Assembly: GCA_016179745.1 (NCBI GenBank) | Contig: JACPCP010000014.1 | Coordinates: 751-64,750 of the forward strand | Reading direction: 5' to 3' | From: Candidatus Omnitrophota bacterium | GTDB taxonomy: Bacteria > Omnitrophota > Omnitrophia > Omnitrophales > JACQLI01 | DNA: 64,000 nucleotides | In this document: positions 19,588-28,686 of the stretch, in pieces | Layout: every line of letters begins with the position of its first letter | Position numbering within the stretch: the first letter of the stretch is position 1 | Notes under the pieces: model-generated | Databases searched by the model: none | Told to the model about the DNA's origin: nothing | Seen by the model: only the letters and a program-made list of their open reading frames with translations | Program-made: the position numbers and the translations under genes

Positions 19588-20277
19588 TTATACCAAGTGA
19601 CGGGCGAGTTGATGCAGTTCTTCATTGGCCAAGGCCTTGAGCCGTTTGCTGACGGTCCGGTAATAGTAGGCCTTTTCGGTAGCCGTCATCGGTTTCTTGG
19701 CCAGGCGTTTCCGCAGGAGCTCCTTTTGCCGGGGGGCAAAAAGTTCGGAGAGGAGAAGCTCGAGCTCAAGATCGTGCACCTTCTTTTCGTTCCCCTTTGA
19801 TTCGGGCGCTTCCACCACGTAACGGCGAAAACTCGTCTTCAGCCGACTGGTGGAAAGCTCCAAAGCGCCCGCCTTCACCGCCTCCGATTTCAAAAAAGGC
19901 GCTTCAAAATCCTTGAGGGTCTTCTCCCCTTCGGGGCATTTGCGTAACAGGTCCCGGACACGTTCCAGCAGTCCCTTCTCGAGACCAAAGAGCCGGTAAA
20001 GAAGAAAACTCAAAACAAGAAAACCGGTCAACCGCTTGAGCGCCCCGGCCCTCAGCGTCTTGGCCGGCCTCCAATCTTTTTTCTCCCACCCCAGCGAATC
20101 GTTTTCCCGCAGGGCATTGTAAAGGACGACCGGAAACCCCTCCACCAGCCGCCCCTCGTCCTGCCTGAGAAGGGTCTCAAGCAGCTCTTCCGGATCTGCC
20201 TGGGCCGATGGTTTCATGACGGGATATCCATATCGCGACAAGGCATCCAACAATTCGTTCTTTGCTCTCTCCGTCAC
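19588..20277 (-). CDS. Hypothetical protein, partner of the upstream nucleotidyltransferase-fold gene
   Basis: 229-aa ORF 10 nt downstream of the NTase-like gene on the same strand; no motif recognised; basic helical C-terminus (KKPMTATEKAYYYRTVSKRLK). Confidence 0.6.
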   Translation of the reverse strand: MTERAKNELLDALSRYGYPVMKPSAQADPEELLETLLRQDEGRLVEGFPVVLYNALRENDSLGWEKKDWRPAKTLRAGALKRLTGFLVLSFLLYRLFGLEKGLLERVRDLLRKCPEGEKTLKDFEAPFLKSEAVKAGALELSTSRLKTSFRRYVVEAPESKGNEKKVHDLELELLLSELFAPRQKELLRKRLAKKPMTATEKAYYYRTVSKRLKALANEELHQLARHLV

Positions 20278-20287
20278 TGGGCTTTCC

Positions 20288-20866
20288 TCACTTTCCCTCC
20301 CTGCTTCTCTTGAGCAGGAGTTCTAGATTCCTAAGCGCCTTCGTTTCGCTCACGTCATACGACGCCGTCTCCTGATACCTTTGCTTCAAAGCCTTCAAGC
20401 TCACCTTTTCTTGATGAAGCAGCATCAGACAATCTTCTAAATCAACCTGTGTACCGCGAAACATCTTGGTAATTATCAAGTCAATCGGATTGAGCGCTCC
20501 AAGATAAATTTTCCCCCACTCTCTAATTTTTCGGTGACCTCCCCTTTTTAAAGGGGAATCCAGCAGCTCTGTTTCGTAAACACGGTTTCCCGCATAAAGA
20601 TCATAAATCATTGTCTCTTCCGGTCGTCTCCAACCATAGGTCGTGCAATTCCGGTAACCTGTCCGCCGCAAGAATGTGATGAGACGCTTGTATTCGCTCA
20701 AATTGGGCACCATCAAATCGACATCCTTGGTTGACTCCTTGTATCCCAATAGTGTCAACGCCGTGCCGCCGCAGGCAATGAGATGAATTTTTTCTCTGCC
20801 TGTCATCACCTTATCCCAAGCGGATAAGGTATTGAATAAATCTTCACGGGTGGTGCGGTAGTTCAT
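20288..20866 (-). CDS. Pol-beta-superfamily nucleotidyltransferase-fold protein (DUF6036/AbiEii-like)
   Basis: 192 aa; ACGGTALTLLGYKESTKDVDLMV fits the G[GS]-x(9-14)-DxD NTase signature. The gene and its upstream region are visibly AT-richer than the neighbours. Confidence 0.6.
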   Translation of the reverse strand: MNYRTTREDLFNTLSAWDKVMTGREKIHLIACGGTALTLLGYKESTKDVDLMVPNLSEYKRLITFLRRTGYRNCTTYGWRRPEETMIYDLYAGNRVYETELLDSPLKRGGHRKIREWGKIYLGALNPIDLIITKMFRGTQVDLEDCLMLLHQEKVSLKALKQRYQETASYDVSETKALRNLELLLKRSREGK

Positions 20867-21124
20867 ACAGGGAAGATAGCTGAAAAAAGGCTAGATTGCA
20901 ACTGATAATATACTAATCAATACATAAAGATATACTATTTAATGCTTACTTATGTATGATTTCATAACTCTACTCTCGCCTTACCCATCTCGTAGTGAGT
21001 GAGCCCCCTGAAACTAAATGGAGAGCGTGGAGCGGAGATTTCCCTGCGCCGATGTCTCAGACAAAAATGCCGGCCGCCACAAGTCCCGTTTCACTTTGAG
21101 AATTGTCCCCGTATAATACTTCCC

Positions 21125-21937
21125 ATGATGAGGGTTAGCGTCGTTATCCCCGCCTACAATCGGGCCCCGCTGTTAGGCCGGGCGCTCGAATCCGTGCTGA
21201 CCCAAAAGGAGCTTCCTGCCGAAATTCTCATCGTCGATGACGGCTCGACCGATGAGACACCGGCCGTGGTGCGAAAGCTGGCAGAGAATCACCCTGCGGT
21301 GAAATACCTTTATCAGCCAAACCGGGGACCGGCCGCTGCCCGGAACCTTGGGATTCGCTCCTCACAGTCCCCTTTCCTGGCCTTTCTCGATTCCGATGAC
21401 GAGTGGATGCCGGGTAAACTTCAAGCCCAGCTTCGCTTCTTCGAAGAAAATCCGGATTACCTCATTTGCCAGACGGAGGAAATCTGGATCCGGAACGGCC
21501 GGCGGGTCAACCCGATGAAAAAGCACCAAAAATTCGGCGGTGAGATCTTCGAAAAATGCTTGCCGCTTTGTATCGTGAGCCCTTCGGCCGTGATGATGAG
21601 ACGTGAGTTTTTTGACCAGGTCGGGCCCTTTGACGAATCGTTCCCCGCCTGCGAGGACTATGACCTCTGGCTCCGGGCGAGCGCCCGCTTTCCCATCGGT
21701 CTCGTCGAGAAACCTTACGTCATCAAATACGGCGGCCACAGCGACCAACGCTCCCGCCAGTTTCCCGTAATGGACCAGTTCCGAATCCGGGCGCTCCGGA
21801 AAATTTTGGACTCGGGGGGCTTGTCGGAAGAGCAGAGGACGGCGGCCGTTCTGGAATTGAAACGGAAGTCCGAGATCGTAAACCGAGGGGCCCTGAAACG
21901 GGGAAAGCCCATTCTGGATGAAGCCCTACAGGCCTGA
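21125..21937 (+). CDS. Family-2 glycosyltransferase
   Basis: VSVVIPAYN, VDDGSTD and DSDDEW motifs. Start moved to ATG 21125 (MMRVSVVIPAYN); the track ORF is over-extended. Confidence 0.85.
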   Translation: MMRVSVVIPAYNRAPLLGRALESVLTQKELPAEILIVDDGSTDETPAVVRKLAENHPAVKYLYQPNRGPAAARNLGIRSSQSPFLAFLDSDDEWMPGKLQAQLRFFEENPDYLICQTEEIWIRNGRRVNPMKKHQKFGGEIFEKCLPLCIVSPSAVMMRREFFDQVGPFDESFPACEDYDLWLRASARFPIGLVEKPYVIKYGGHSDQRSRQFPVMDQFRIRALRKILDSGGLSEEQRTAAVLELKRKSEIVNRGALKRGKPILDEALQA

Positions 21938-23018
21938 GAAAATCTACCTTGAGCGGGGGGCGGAGGATTTTCCCGGCGCCGGGAAAATCTTGTCCCGTCT
22001 CCCCGGGGTCCCGGTCGAAATCGTTGAAGACCCCCGTGCGCTCGTGGCGGAGTTTCACCGGAGGCCGGACCCGATCGGTGAGGGAAAGCGCTCGCTCCTT
22101 CTCGCCCGGGACCGGGGCCGGGCCTTCAAACCTTTTCCCGTCCCGGAAGGCACGGTCTCCTGCAATTTCTATTCGCTCCACCTCGTGGAAGGCTGCGACC
22201 TCGAATGCTCCTATTGCATCCTCCAGGCCTACCTCACAAATCCGCTCCTCACGGTCTATGTCAACACGGATGAAATTCTGGGGGGGCTCGAAAAATTTCT
22301 GGCCGCCCATCCCCATGAAACATTCCGGATCGGGACCGGCCAGCTCGCCGACTCTTTATCGCTCGACCCCCTCACGGCGCACACGGAAACCCTGGTCCCC
22401 TTTTTCGCAAGGCAGCCGAACGCCTTCCTCGAACTTAAAACAAAAAGTGTGAATATCGCCCGTCTTCAAAAACTCGACTCCGGCGCTCGGACCATTGTTT
22501 CGTGGTCTATGAATACCAGGCGCATTCAACGTGAAGAGGAACACAAGTGCGCCACGATCGAGGAACGGATCAAAGCGGCCCGGCAGTGTCTCGAGTGGGG
22601 TTACCGGGTGGGGTTCCATCTGGACCCCCTCATTGATTACGAAGGGTGTTTGAAAGACTACGAGGAGCTCCTTGAAATGATTTTTTCGGAAGTCCGGGCG
22701 GACAGAATTGCGTGGGTGAGCCTGGGGACTCTTCGATTCCTTCCGGAACTCAAATCTGTGATGGAGAGGCGCTTTCCCCGGTCGCCGCTTCCCGCAGCCG
22801 AGTGGGTCCGGGGGTTGGATGGAAAGATGCGTTATTTTAAGGAGCGCCGGATTGGGCTTTACTCCGATCTCACAAAGCGGCTGAGGCAACTGGCTCCGGA
22901 AGTGCCGGTTTATCTTTGTATGGAGACCGGGGAAGTCTGGAGACGGGTCTTCGGGGTTGAACCGAATCAATCAACGATCGCCGAGCGTCTAAACTGCCTG
23001 CCTTCTCTTACTTCTTAG
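21918..23018 (+). CDS. Spore-photoproduct-lyase-family radical SAM protein
   Basis: 366 aa; CDLECSYC = CxxxCxxC radical-SAM cluster motif; overall SplB-like; overlaps the GT2 gene by 20 nt. Confidence 0.72.
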   Translation: MKPYRPEKIYLERGAEDFPGAGKILSRLPGVPVEIVEDPRALVAEFHRRPDPIGEGKRSLLLARDRGRAFKPFPVPEGTVSCNFYSLHLVEGCDLECSYCILQAYLTNPLLTVYVNTDEILGGLEKFLAAHPHETFRIGTGQLADSLSLDPLTAHTETLVPFFARQPNAFLELKTKSVNIARLQKLDSGARTIVSWSMNTRRIQREEEHKCATIEERIKAARQCLEWGYRVGFHLDPLIDYEGCLKDYEELLEMIFSEVRADRIAWVSLGTLRFLPELKSVMERRFPRSPLPAAEWVRGLDGKMRYFKERRIGLYSDLTKRLRQLAPEVPVYLCMETGEVWRRVFGVEPNQSTIAERLNCLPSLTS

Positions 23019-23274
23019 CGGTTGCGGGAACGGCTTCCTCCGCCTTGACGGGCTTGAGCGGGCTGTCTTCATCCAAGGCGGTTTCATCGCCAAAACCTTC
23101 CGTCTCTGCTTCCCCCTCCCCCTCTTCCAAATCGTCCCACCAACCCTCTTCGTCGGCCGCAAGTTCCGTCTCTTCGGCTTCTTCACCGGCCGCCGGGGAG
23201 GCCGTCTCGGCAAACCCCATCGGCGCCGAAAGAAGGGTCAAACTCGTAATCAACATCCAGAAAGTCACTTTCAT
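23008..23274 (-). CDS. Small secreted, extremely acidic protein
   Basis: GGAGAA RBS then ATG 23274. Signal peptide MKVTFWMLITSLTLLSAPMGFA followed by an Asp/Glu-rich sequence. Confidence 0.6.
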   Translation of the reverse strand: MKVTFWMLITSLTLLSAPMGFAETASPAAGEEAEETELAADEEGWWDDLEEGEGEAETEGFGDETALDEDSPLKPVKAEEAVPATAKK

Positions 23275-23379
23275 AGGTTCTCCTTTCAATCAAGTTAGGC
23301 CGGTCCTTTTTGAGGATTCTTTCTTTATGAAGCGCATAAATACCAGAAGCGCCCCTGAAAAGAAAGTGAAATCATCTCC

Positions 23380-23766
23380 TCATTCAAAGGCAAGTTTCCC
23401 TCCGAAATAGCCCGTCACCCCCACGATCAGACAGGTCAAAAGAGACCCGGCCAAAAGAAAAGCCGTCCCCTTTCTTCCCTCCCCTTTTTGAAACCGCCAT
23501 TGAAAGGCCCGTCCCGTAGAAAGAAGAAAAAGGCTCAGGGCGGAGAAGAAATGGGGGCGAACCATCGGAGGAAGCCCCTGGGCATCCACCAGTCCCGCTA
23601 TCATCGTTGGGAAGATTAATCCATAACCCAGCCGGAACGAGAAGAGCGCAAACCGCCGGTAGGCCGGGTCGCCCCGCCTGAACCAGAGTCCAAGCAGAAT
23701 GAGCTCGAGCACGAAGAAGGCAATGGGGAAATGAACCAGCGGCGGATGAAACAGGATTTCATCCAT
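23380..23766 (-). CDS. DUF2231-like membrane protein
   Basis: Start at ATG 23766 (MDEILFHPPLVHFPIAFF...); the HPxLVHFP motif is typical of DUF2231; four hydrophobic helices; 8-nt overlap with the YHS gene. Confidence 0.65.
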   Translation of the reverse strand: MDEILFHPPLVHFPIAFFVLELILLGLWFRRGDPAYRRFALFSFRLGYGLIFPTMIAGLVDAQGLPPMVRPHFFSALSLFLLSTGRAFQWRFQKGEGRKGTAFLLAGSLLTCLIVGVTGYFGGKLAFE

Positions 23767-24094
23767 GCGAATGACCGGCGTGTTCCTCTCCGCCGTGTCC
23801 GCTGTGACCCTCTTCAGCGTGTCCCCCGCCGCTGTGTGCGGTGTGCATGGCCGCAATGTATTTGGCAGGGTTTTTCTTGAATTTCTTTATGCATTGGGCG
23901 CAGCAGAAGTGGTATTGCTTCCCTTCGTGCACATAACTAAAGCCCGGGTTGACCGGGTCCCCGCTCAAAGGACAGATCGAATTGCCGACATCGATCACCT
24001 CAGCCGAAGCGGCCTGAGCGACCGCAGGCGACAACACCGGGGCCGACACAATTCCAATCATCAGAAGCAAGACAAACGTTCCCCTTTTAAACAT
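23759..24094 (-). CDS. Periplasmic YHS-domain metal-binding protein with a His-rich tail
   Basis: Signal peptide; YHFCCAQCIKKFKKNPAKY (YHS-type); C-terminus HTAHSGGGHAEEGHSGHGGEEHAGHSHG. Confidence 0.75.
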   Translation of the reverse strand: MFKRGTFVLLLMIGIVSAPVLSPAVAQAASAEVIDVGNSICPLSGDPVNPGFSYVHEGKQYHFCCAQCIKKFKKNPAKYIAAMHTAHSGGGHAEEGHSGHGGEEHAGHSHG

Positions 24095-27000
24095 TTTCTA
24101 CTGCTCCTTTCTTCATTTCAAAGTTCCATTTCCAAATCGCATAAATAGCCGGGTAGACCAAAAGTTCCAGGAGAAACGACGTCGCCAGTCCTCCGACCAT
24201 CGGCGCCGCCACTCGTTTCATCATGTCCGCCCCAGCCCCCGTGGACCACATGATTGGAAGAAGTCCGATAAAGGAAGTCATCACCGTCATCATCTTGGGC
24301 CGCACCCGTTTGACGGCGCCGTGAATGACGGCCTCGTTCAAGTCCTGCTCGGTGCGCATCTTCCCTTTTCTCACCCACTCGTTATAGGCCAAATCCAGAA
24401 AGAGGAGCATAAAGACCCCGGTTTCTGCGTCAAGCCCCATCAAGGCAATCATCCCGACCCAGACCGCAATCGAGATGTTGTAGCCCAAAATCCAAAGGAG
24501 CCAAATGGCTCCGATCAAGGAAAAGGGCACGGCTAAAAGCACCATTCCGGTTTTGGCCCACGACTTGGTGTTGAGGTGGAGAAGGATCACGATGATGAAA
24601 AGGGTCAGCGGCAAAACCACTTTGAGCCGCTCCCGGACACGGATCATATTTTCGTATTGACCGCTCCAGATCAGCCCATACCCGGATGGGAGTTCCAGAG
24701 ATTTCCCAACCGCCAGCTTGGCGTCCTTGACGAAACTCCCGATGTCCCGTCCGGCCACGTCCACGTAAACATAACCGGCCAGAAGCCCGTTTTCATTTCG
24801 AATCATCGCCGGCCCGGAAACAAGCCGGATATCGGCAAGCTGAACCAGAGGAATGTGCTGGCCCATCGGAGTCGGCACGAGGACCCGTTTTAACTTTTCG
24901 ATGTCGTCACGGAGTTCCCGGGAATAGCGGACATTGACGGGATAGCGCTCCCGGCCCTCGATCGTGGTCGTGATATTTTCACCGCCGATGGCCGACACCA
25001 CGACACTCTGGGCGTCCGCCACGGAAAGTCCATAACGGGCCAGTTCGTCCCGTTTGAGATCAAAATCCACGAAGTAGCCGCCGGCCACCCTTTCCGCATA
25101 AACACTGCGGGTCCCGGGCACATCTTTCAGGATCATCTCGAGGTGGGTCCCGACTTTTTCTATTTTCTTCAGGTCCGATCCGAGAATCTTGATTCCGATC
25201 GGGGTCCTCACCCCGGTTGAGAGCATGTCGATCCGGTTTTTGATCGGCATGGTCCAGGCGTTGGTCGTGCCGGGGATTCGAAGCTTCTGATCCATCTCCG
25301 CAATCAGTTCTTCATGGGAAATGGTTTCCGGCCAAAGGCTTTGAAGCGGCCATTTGAAAATTTCCGGGACCCAGGCGGAATACCAGCGCTCCTTCCGCCG
25401 CCATTCGGTGTCCGGCTTGAGAACCACCACGGTCTCCATCATGGAAAAGGGCGCCGGGTCGGTCGAGCTTTCCATTCGGCCCGACTTCCCGAAAACCCTT
25501 TCCACCTCGGGAAAGCCCTTGAGGATCTTGTCCTGCCTTTGGAGCAGCTCCTCGGCCTGGGTGACAGAAATTCCCGGGAGGGTCGTCGGCATATAAAGGA
25601 GGTCGCCTTCCCAGAGCGGGGGCATAAATTCGGAGCCCAGCTTGAAATAGACGGGGACCGTGGCCAGCATCAAAAGGAGGGCCGTCACAATGGTTACCTT
25701 CTTGTGTCTCAGGACAAACCGGCAGACGGGTTCATAAACTTTAAAGAGGATTCTGCTGACGGGGTGGTTCTCTTCCTTGTAATAAGTCCCGACCAGAGCG
25801 GTCGTGGTCAGTTTTGAAAGCCACGGCCACCGGAACTGAAAAGGTTCCATCCGGGTAAAGAGAAGCCGCATGGCCGGGTCGAGCGTGATGGCGAGAAAGG
25901 CGGCCAGAAGCATGGTCAGGTTTTTGGACCAGGCCAGCGGCTTGAAAAGCCTTCCTTCCTGATCGATCAGGGTAAAGATCGGCATGAACGCCACGGCGAT
26001 CACCAGGACCGAAAAGAAAACCGACGGCCCGACCTCCTTCAGGGCCTGGAGCCGGATCTCGTGATAATCTCCCTTTTTCCCGCCGTGGACCCATTCCTCA
26101 AGCCGCTTGTAGGCATTCTCCACCTCCACAATCGCACCGTCCACGAGGACGCCTATCGAAATGGCAATGCCCGAAAGACTCATGATGTTGGAGCTAAGGC
26201 CCATCGCCTTTAAGGGAATAAAAGAGAGAAGGACTGCAATCGGGATCGTCAGGATTGGAATCATGGCGGAAGGGAGGTGCCAGAGGAAAAGAAGGATGAC
26301 AAGGCTCACAACAATCATTTCCTGGGTCAGGGCGTGTTTCAGCGTGTCGATCGATCCTTTGATGAGTTCCGAGCGGTCATAGGTCACGACAAGCTCCACG
26401 CCTTCGGGAAACGAGGCCTTGAGTTCCTCCAATCTTTTTTTCACACGATCGATCACCTGCAGGGCGTTTTCTCCGTATCTCATCACCACCGTGCCGGAGA
26501 CCACATCCCCCTGGCCGTCCAGGTCTGAAAGTCCACGTCGGATTTCAGGGCCCAGGGCAACATTGGCCAGATGTTTCACGAGAATCGGCGTGCCCTTTGG
26601 GTCGACACCCACTACGATCTTTTCCAGGTCTTCGATCGATTTGGCATAACCCCGGCCTCGAACCATATATTCCGCCCCGGAAAATTCGAGAAGCCTTCCG
26701 CCGACCTCCTGATTGCCATTGCGGATGGCTTCAATCACCTTGGGCAAGGGAATGTTGAAGGCGAGCAGGCGGTTGGGGTCGACCGTGATTTGATACTGTT
26801 TGACGAACCCGCCGAGGGAAGCGACTTCGGCCACGCCCGGCACACTCTGCAAGTGATACCTCAAAGACCAATCCTGAAAACTCCGGAGCTCCTGCAAATT
26901 GTGTTTTCCGGTCTTGTCGACCAGGGCATATTGAAATACCCAGCCCACTCCGGTGGCGTCCGGCCCGAGCTCGGTCTTGACCCCTTCGGGAAGGCGGGGC

Positions 27001-27398
27001 AGGATTTTACTCAAATATTCCAGCGTCCGGCTCCGGGCCCAGTAGAGGTCGGTGCCGTCTTTAAAAATGACGTAGACATAAGAAAATCCAAAATCGGAAA
27101 ATCCACGGATGGCCTTCACTCGGGGCGCCCCGAGCATGGCCGTGACAATCGGGTAAGTCACCTGGTCTTCGATAATGTCCGGGCTCCGGTCCCAGCGGGA
27201 ATAGATGATGACCTGCGTATCAGAAAGGTCCGGGATGGCGTCCAGGGGAATGTTTCTGACGGACCAGACGGCGCCGGCCATCGCCACCGCCACCAAGACG
27301 AGCACGAAGAATTTATTGTGGGCCGAGAAGCCGATGATCTTCTCAATCAGCCCCTCTTTCTTCGGCGTCCCCGTTCCGGGGTTCGGATCAAACGCCAT
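24087..27398 (-). CDS. cusA: Heavy-metal efflux RND permease (CusA/CzcA family)
   Basis: About 1,103 aa from ATG 27398 (MAFDPNPG...GLIEKIIGFSAHNKF). Sequence and 12-TM architecture typical of HME-RND pumps. The track ORF is over-extended by 21 codons. Confidence 0.9.
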   Translation of the reverse strand: MAFDPNPGTGTPKKEGLIEKIIGFSAHNKFFVLVLVAVAMAGAVWSVRNIPLDAIPDLSDTQVIIYSRWDRSPDIIEDQVTYPIVTAMLGAPRVKAIRGFSDFGFSYVYVIFKDGTDLYWARSRTLEYLSKILPRLPEGVKTELGPDATGVGWVFQYALVDKTGKHNLQELRSFQDWSLRYHLQSVPGVAEVASLGGFVKQYQITVDPNRLLAFNIPLPKVIEAIRNGNQEVGGRLLEFSGAEYMVRGRGYAKSIEDLEKIVVGVDPKGTPILVKHLANVALGPEIRRGLSDLDGQGDVVSGTVVMRYGENALQVIDRVKKRLEELKASFPEGVELVVTYDRSELIKGSIDTLKHALTQEMIVVSLVILLFLWHLPSAMIPILTIPIAVLLSFIPLKAMGLSSNIMSLSGIAISIGVLVDGAIVEVENAYKRLEEWVHGGKKGDYHEIRLQALKEVGPSVFFSVLVIAVAFMPIFTLIDQEGRLFKPLAWSKNLTMLLAAFLAITLDPAMRLLFTRMEPFQFRWPWLSKLTTTALVGTYYKEENHPVSRILFKVYEPVCRFVLRHKKVTIVTALLLMLATVPVYFKLGSEFMPPLWEGDLLYMPTTLPGISVTQAEELLQRQDKILKGFPEVERVFGKSGRMESSTDPAPFSMMETVVVLKPDTEWRRKERWYSAWVPEIFKWPLQSLWPETISHEELIAEMDQKLRIPGTTNAWTMPIKNRIDMLSTGVRTPIGIKILGSDLKKIEKVGTHLEMILKDVPGTRSVYAERVAGGYFVDFDLKRDELARYGLSVADAQSVVVSAIGGENITTTIEGRERYPVNVRYSRELRDDIEKLKRVLVPTPMGQHIPLVQLADIRLVSGPAMIRNENGLLAGYVYVDVAGRDIGSFVKDAKLAVGKSLELPSGYGLIWSGQYENMIRVRERLKVVLPLTLFIIVILLHLNTKSWAKTGMVLLAVPFSLIGAIWLLWILGYNISIAVWVGMIALMGLDAETGVFMLLFLDLAYNEWVRKGKMRTEQDLNEAVIHGAVKRVRPKMMTVMTSFIGLLPIMWSTGAGADMMKRVAAPMVGGLATSFLLELLVYPAIYAIWKWNFEMKKGAVENV

Positions 27399-28686
27399 GC
27401 CGGTGCCCTTCTTCCTTTCCCAAACCTTCCAGCGCCGCTTTGAGACGGCTTTCGGAGTCAATCAGGAAATTGCCGCTCGTGACCACACTCTCGCCTTCGG
27501 CCACGCCGCTTCGAATTTCATAAAGCCCTTCGGTCTCGACACCGGCCGTGACCTCCCGGGGCTCGAAAGCCCCTCCGGCCGTGGCCACAAAAACAATACT
27601 CTTCTCCCCCGTCTGAAAGACCGCTTCCTTGGGAACGGCCAGCCTTTCTCCCAAGTCCACTTGGATGACGGCATTGACATACATCTCGGGCTTCAAGAGG
27701 CCGGCAGAATTGTCGAGCGAGGCCCGCACCCGGGCCGAACGGGTCACGGGATCCAGCACCCGGTCAATAGAACGAATCACTCCTTTAAACGTTTCGTCCG
27801 GGAGCGAAGAAGTTTCGGCCTCGATCCGAGTGCCCGTTTTTACCAGCGGAATTTCATACTCATAGATGGGCGCATACAACCAGACCGTGCCGCCCCCTTC
27901 GGAGTAAAGAAGGGAACGGTCCGGTTTTCCGGTGGACTCGATTTCCTTGATGAGCTCCTCGCTCAGCCCGAGGAGTCTCAGTTTGATCTGGGAGGAGTCG
28001 ACCAGCTTCTCGGCCTGCTCTTTAATCTCCGGCGCCGCCGCTTGGGCCTTTTGGGAGGCCTGGACCGCCTGCAGGAATTCCTCCTCTGCTTGGTAAAGCT
28101 CAGGATCGTAGGCGATTCTTCCCACCGTTCGGATTTCTTTAGAGAGATTGAGCTTCTGGACGGGCGCTGTCTTGAGGCCGATCACCTCCTGCTTCTCATC
28201 TCCCAGCTTCACTGCCGCATAACCTCCCGGGGCCTCCAACCGGATCGAAACCCCCAAGTCCTCTCCGCAGCCCGGGCACTTCCCAAGACGGGCGGACTTT
28301 TCGGTCATCACCAGCTTGCAGCCCCCCTTTTTACACTTGTGGAGAAGACAGACTTCTCCCGGTTTCATCCTCATCAGTTCTTCAATCGTAAAAGATTTCA
28401 ACTGCGGGGCCATGCCTTCGGCATGGCCTTCGGCAGGGCCTTCAGCAGGGCCCTCGCGGCCGCTCTCTGCTTTTTCCTTTTTGACGAGAGACATACTGCA
28501 AATCGGACAGGTGCCCGGCCGGTCTGAGGTGTAGGTGGGGTGCATGGGACAGTAATAAACGTCCTTCTGGGAAGATTCATCCGCCTGCGGATAAATTGGA
28601 AGGAGGCCTGAACGATAGGCCCAGAAGCCGGCGGCTCCGGCGATTGCCATCAAAATCAGAAAACTTAAAGAACGAAATTTAGCCAT
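27388..28686 (-). CDS. cusB: Efflux RND periplasmic adaptor (CusB-like) with N-terminal Cys-rich metal-binding modules
   Basis: Start at ATG 28686 (MAKFRSLSFLILMAIAG). YYCPMHPTYTSDRPGTCPICSM heavy-metal-binding domain; MFP-type beta-barrel / lipoyl-like remainder. Confidence 0.88.
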   Translation of the reverse strand: MAKFRSLSFLILMAIAGAAGFWAYRSGLLPIYPQADESSQKDVYYCPMHPTYTSDRPGTCPICSMSLVKKEKAESGREGPAEGPAEGHAEGMAPQLKSFTIEELMRMKPGEVCLLHKCKKGGCKLVMTEKSARLGKCPGCGEDLGVSIRLEAPGGYAAVKLGDEKQEVIGLKTAPVQKLNLSKEIRTVGRIAYDPELYQAEEEFLQAVQASQKAQAAAPEIKEQAEKLVDSSQIKLRLLGLSEELIKEIESTGKPDRSLLYSEGGGTVWLYAPIYEYEIPLVKTGTRIEAETSSLPDETFKGVIRSIDRVLDPVTRSARVRASLDNSAGLLKPEMYVNAVIQVDLGERLAVPKEAVFQTGEKSIVFVATAGGAFEPREVTAGVETEGLYEIRSGVAEGESVVTSGNFLIDSESRLKAALEGLGKEEGHRHGV

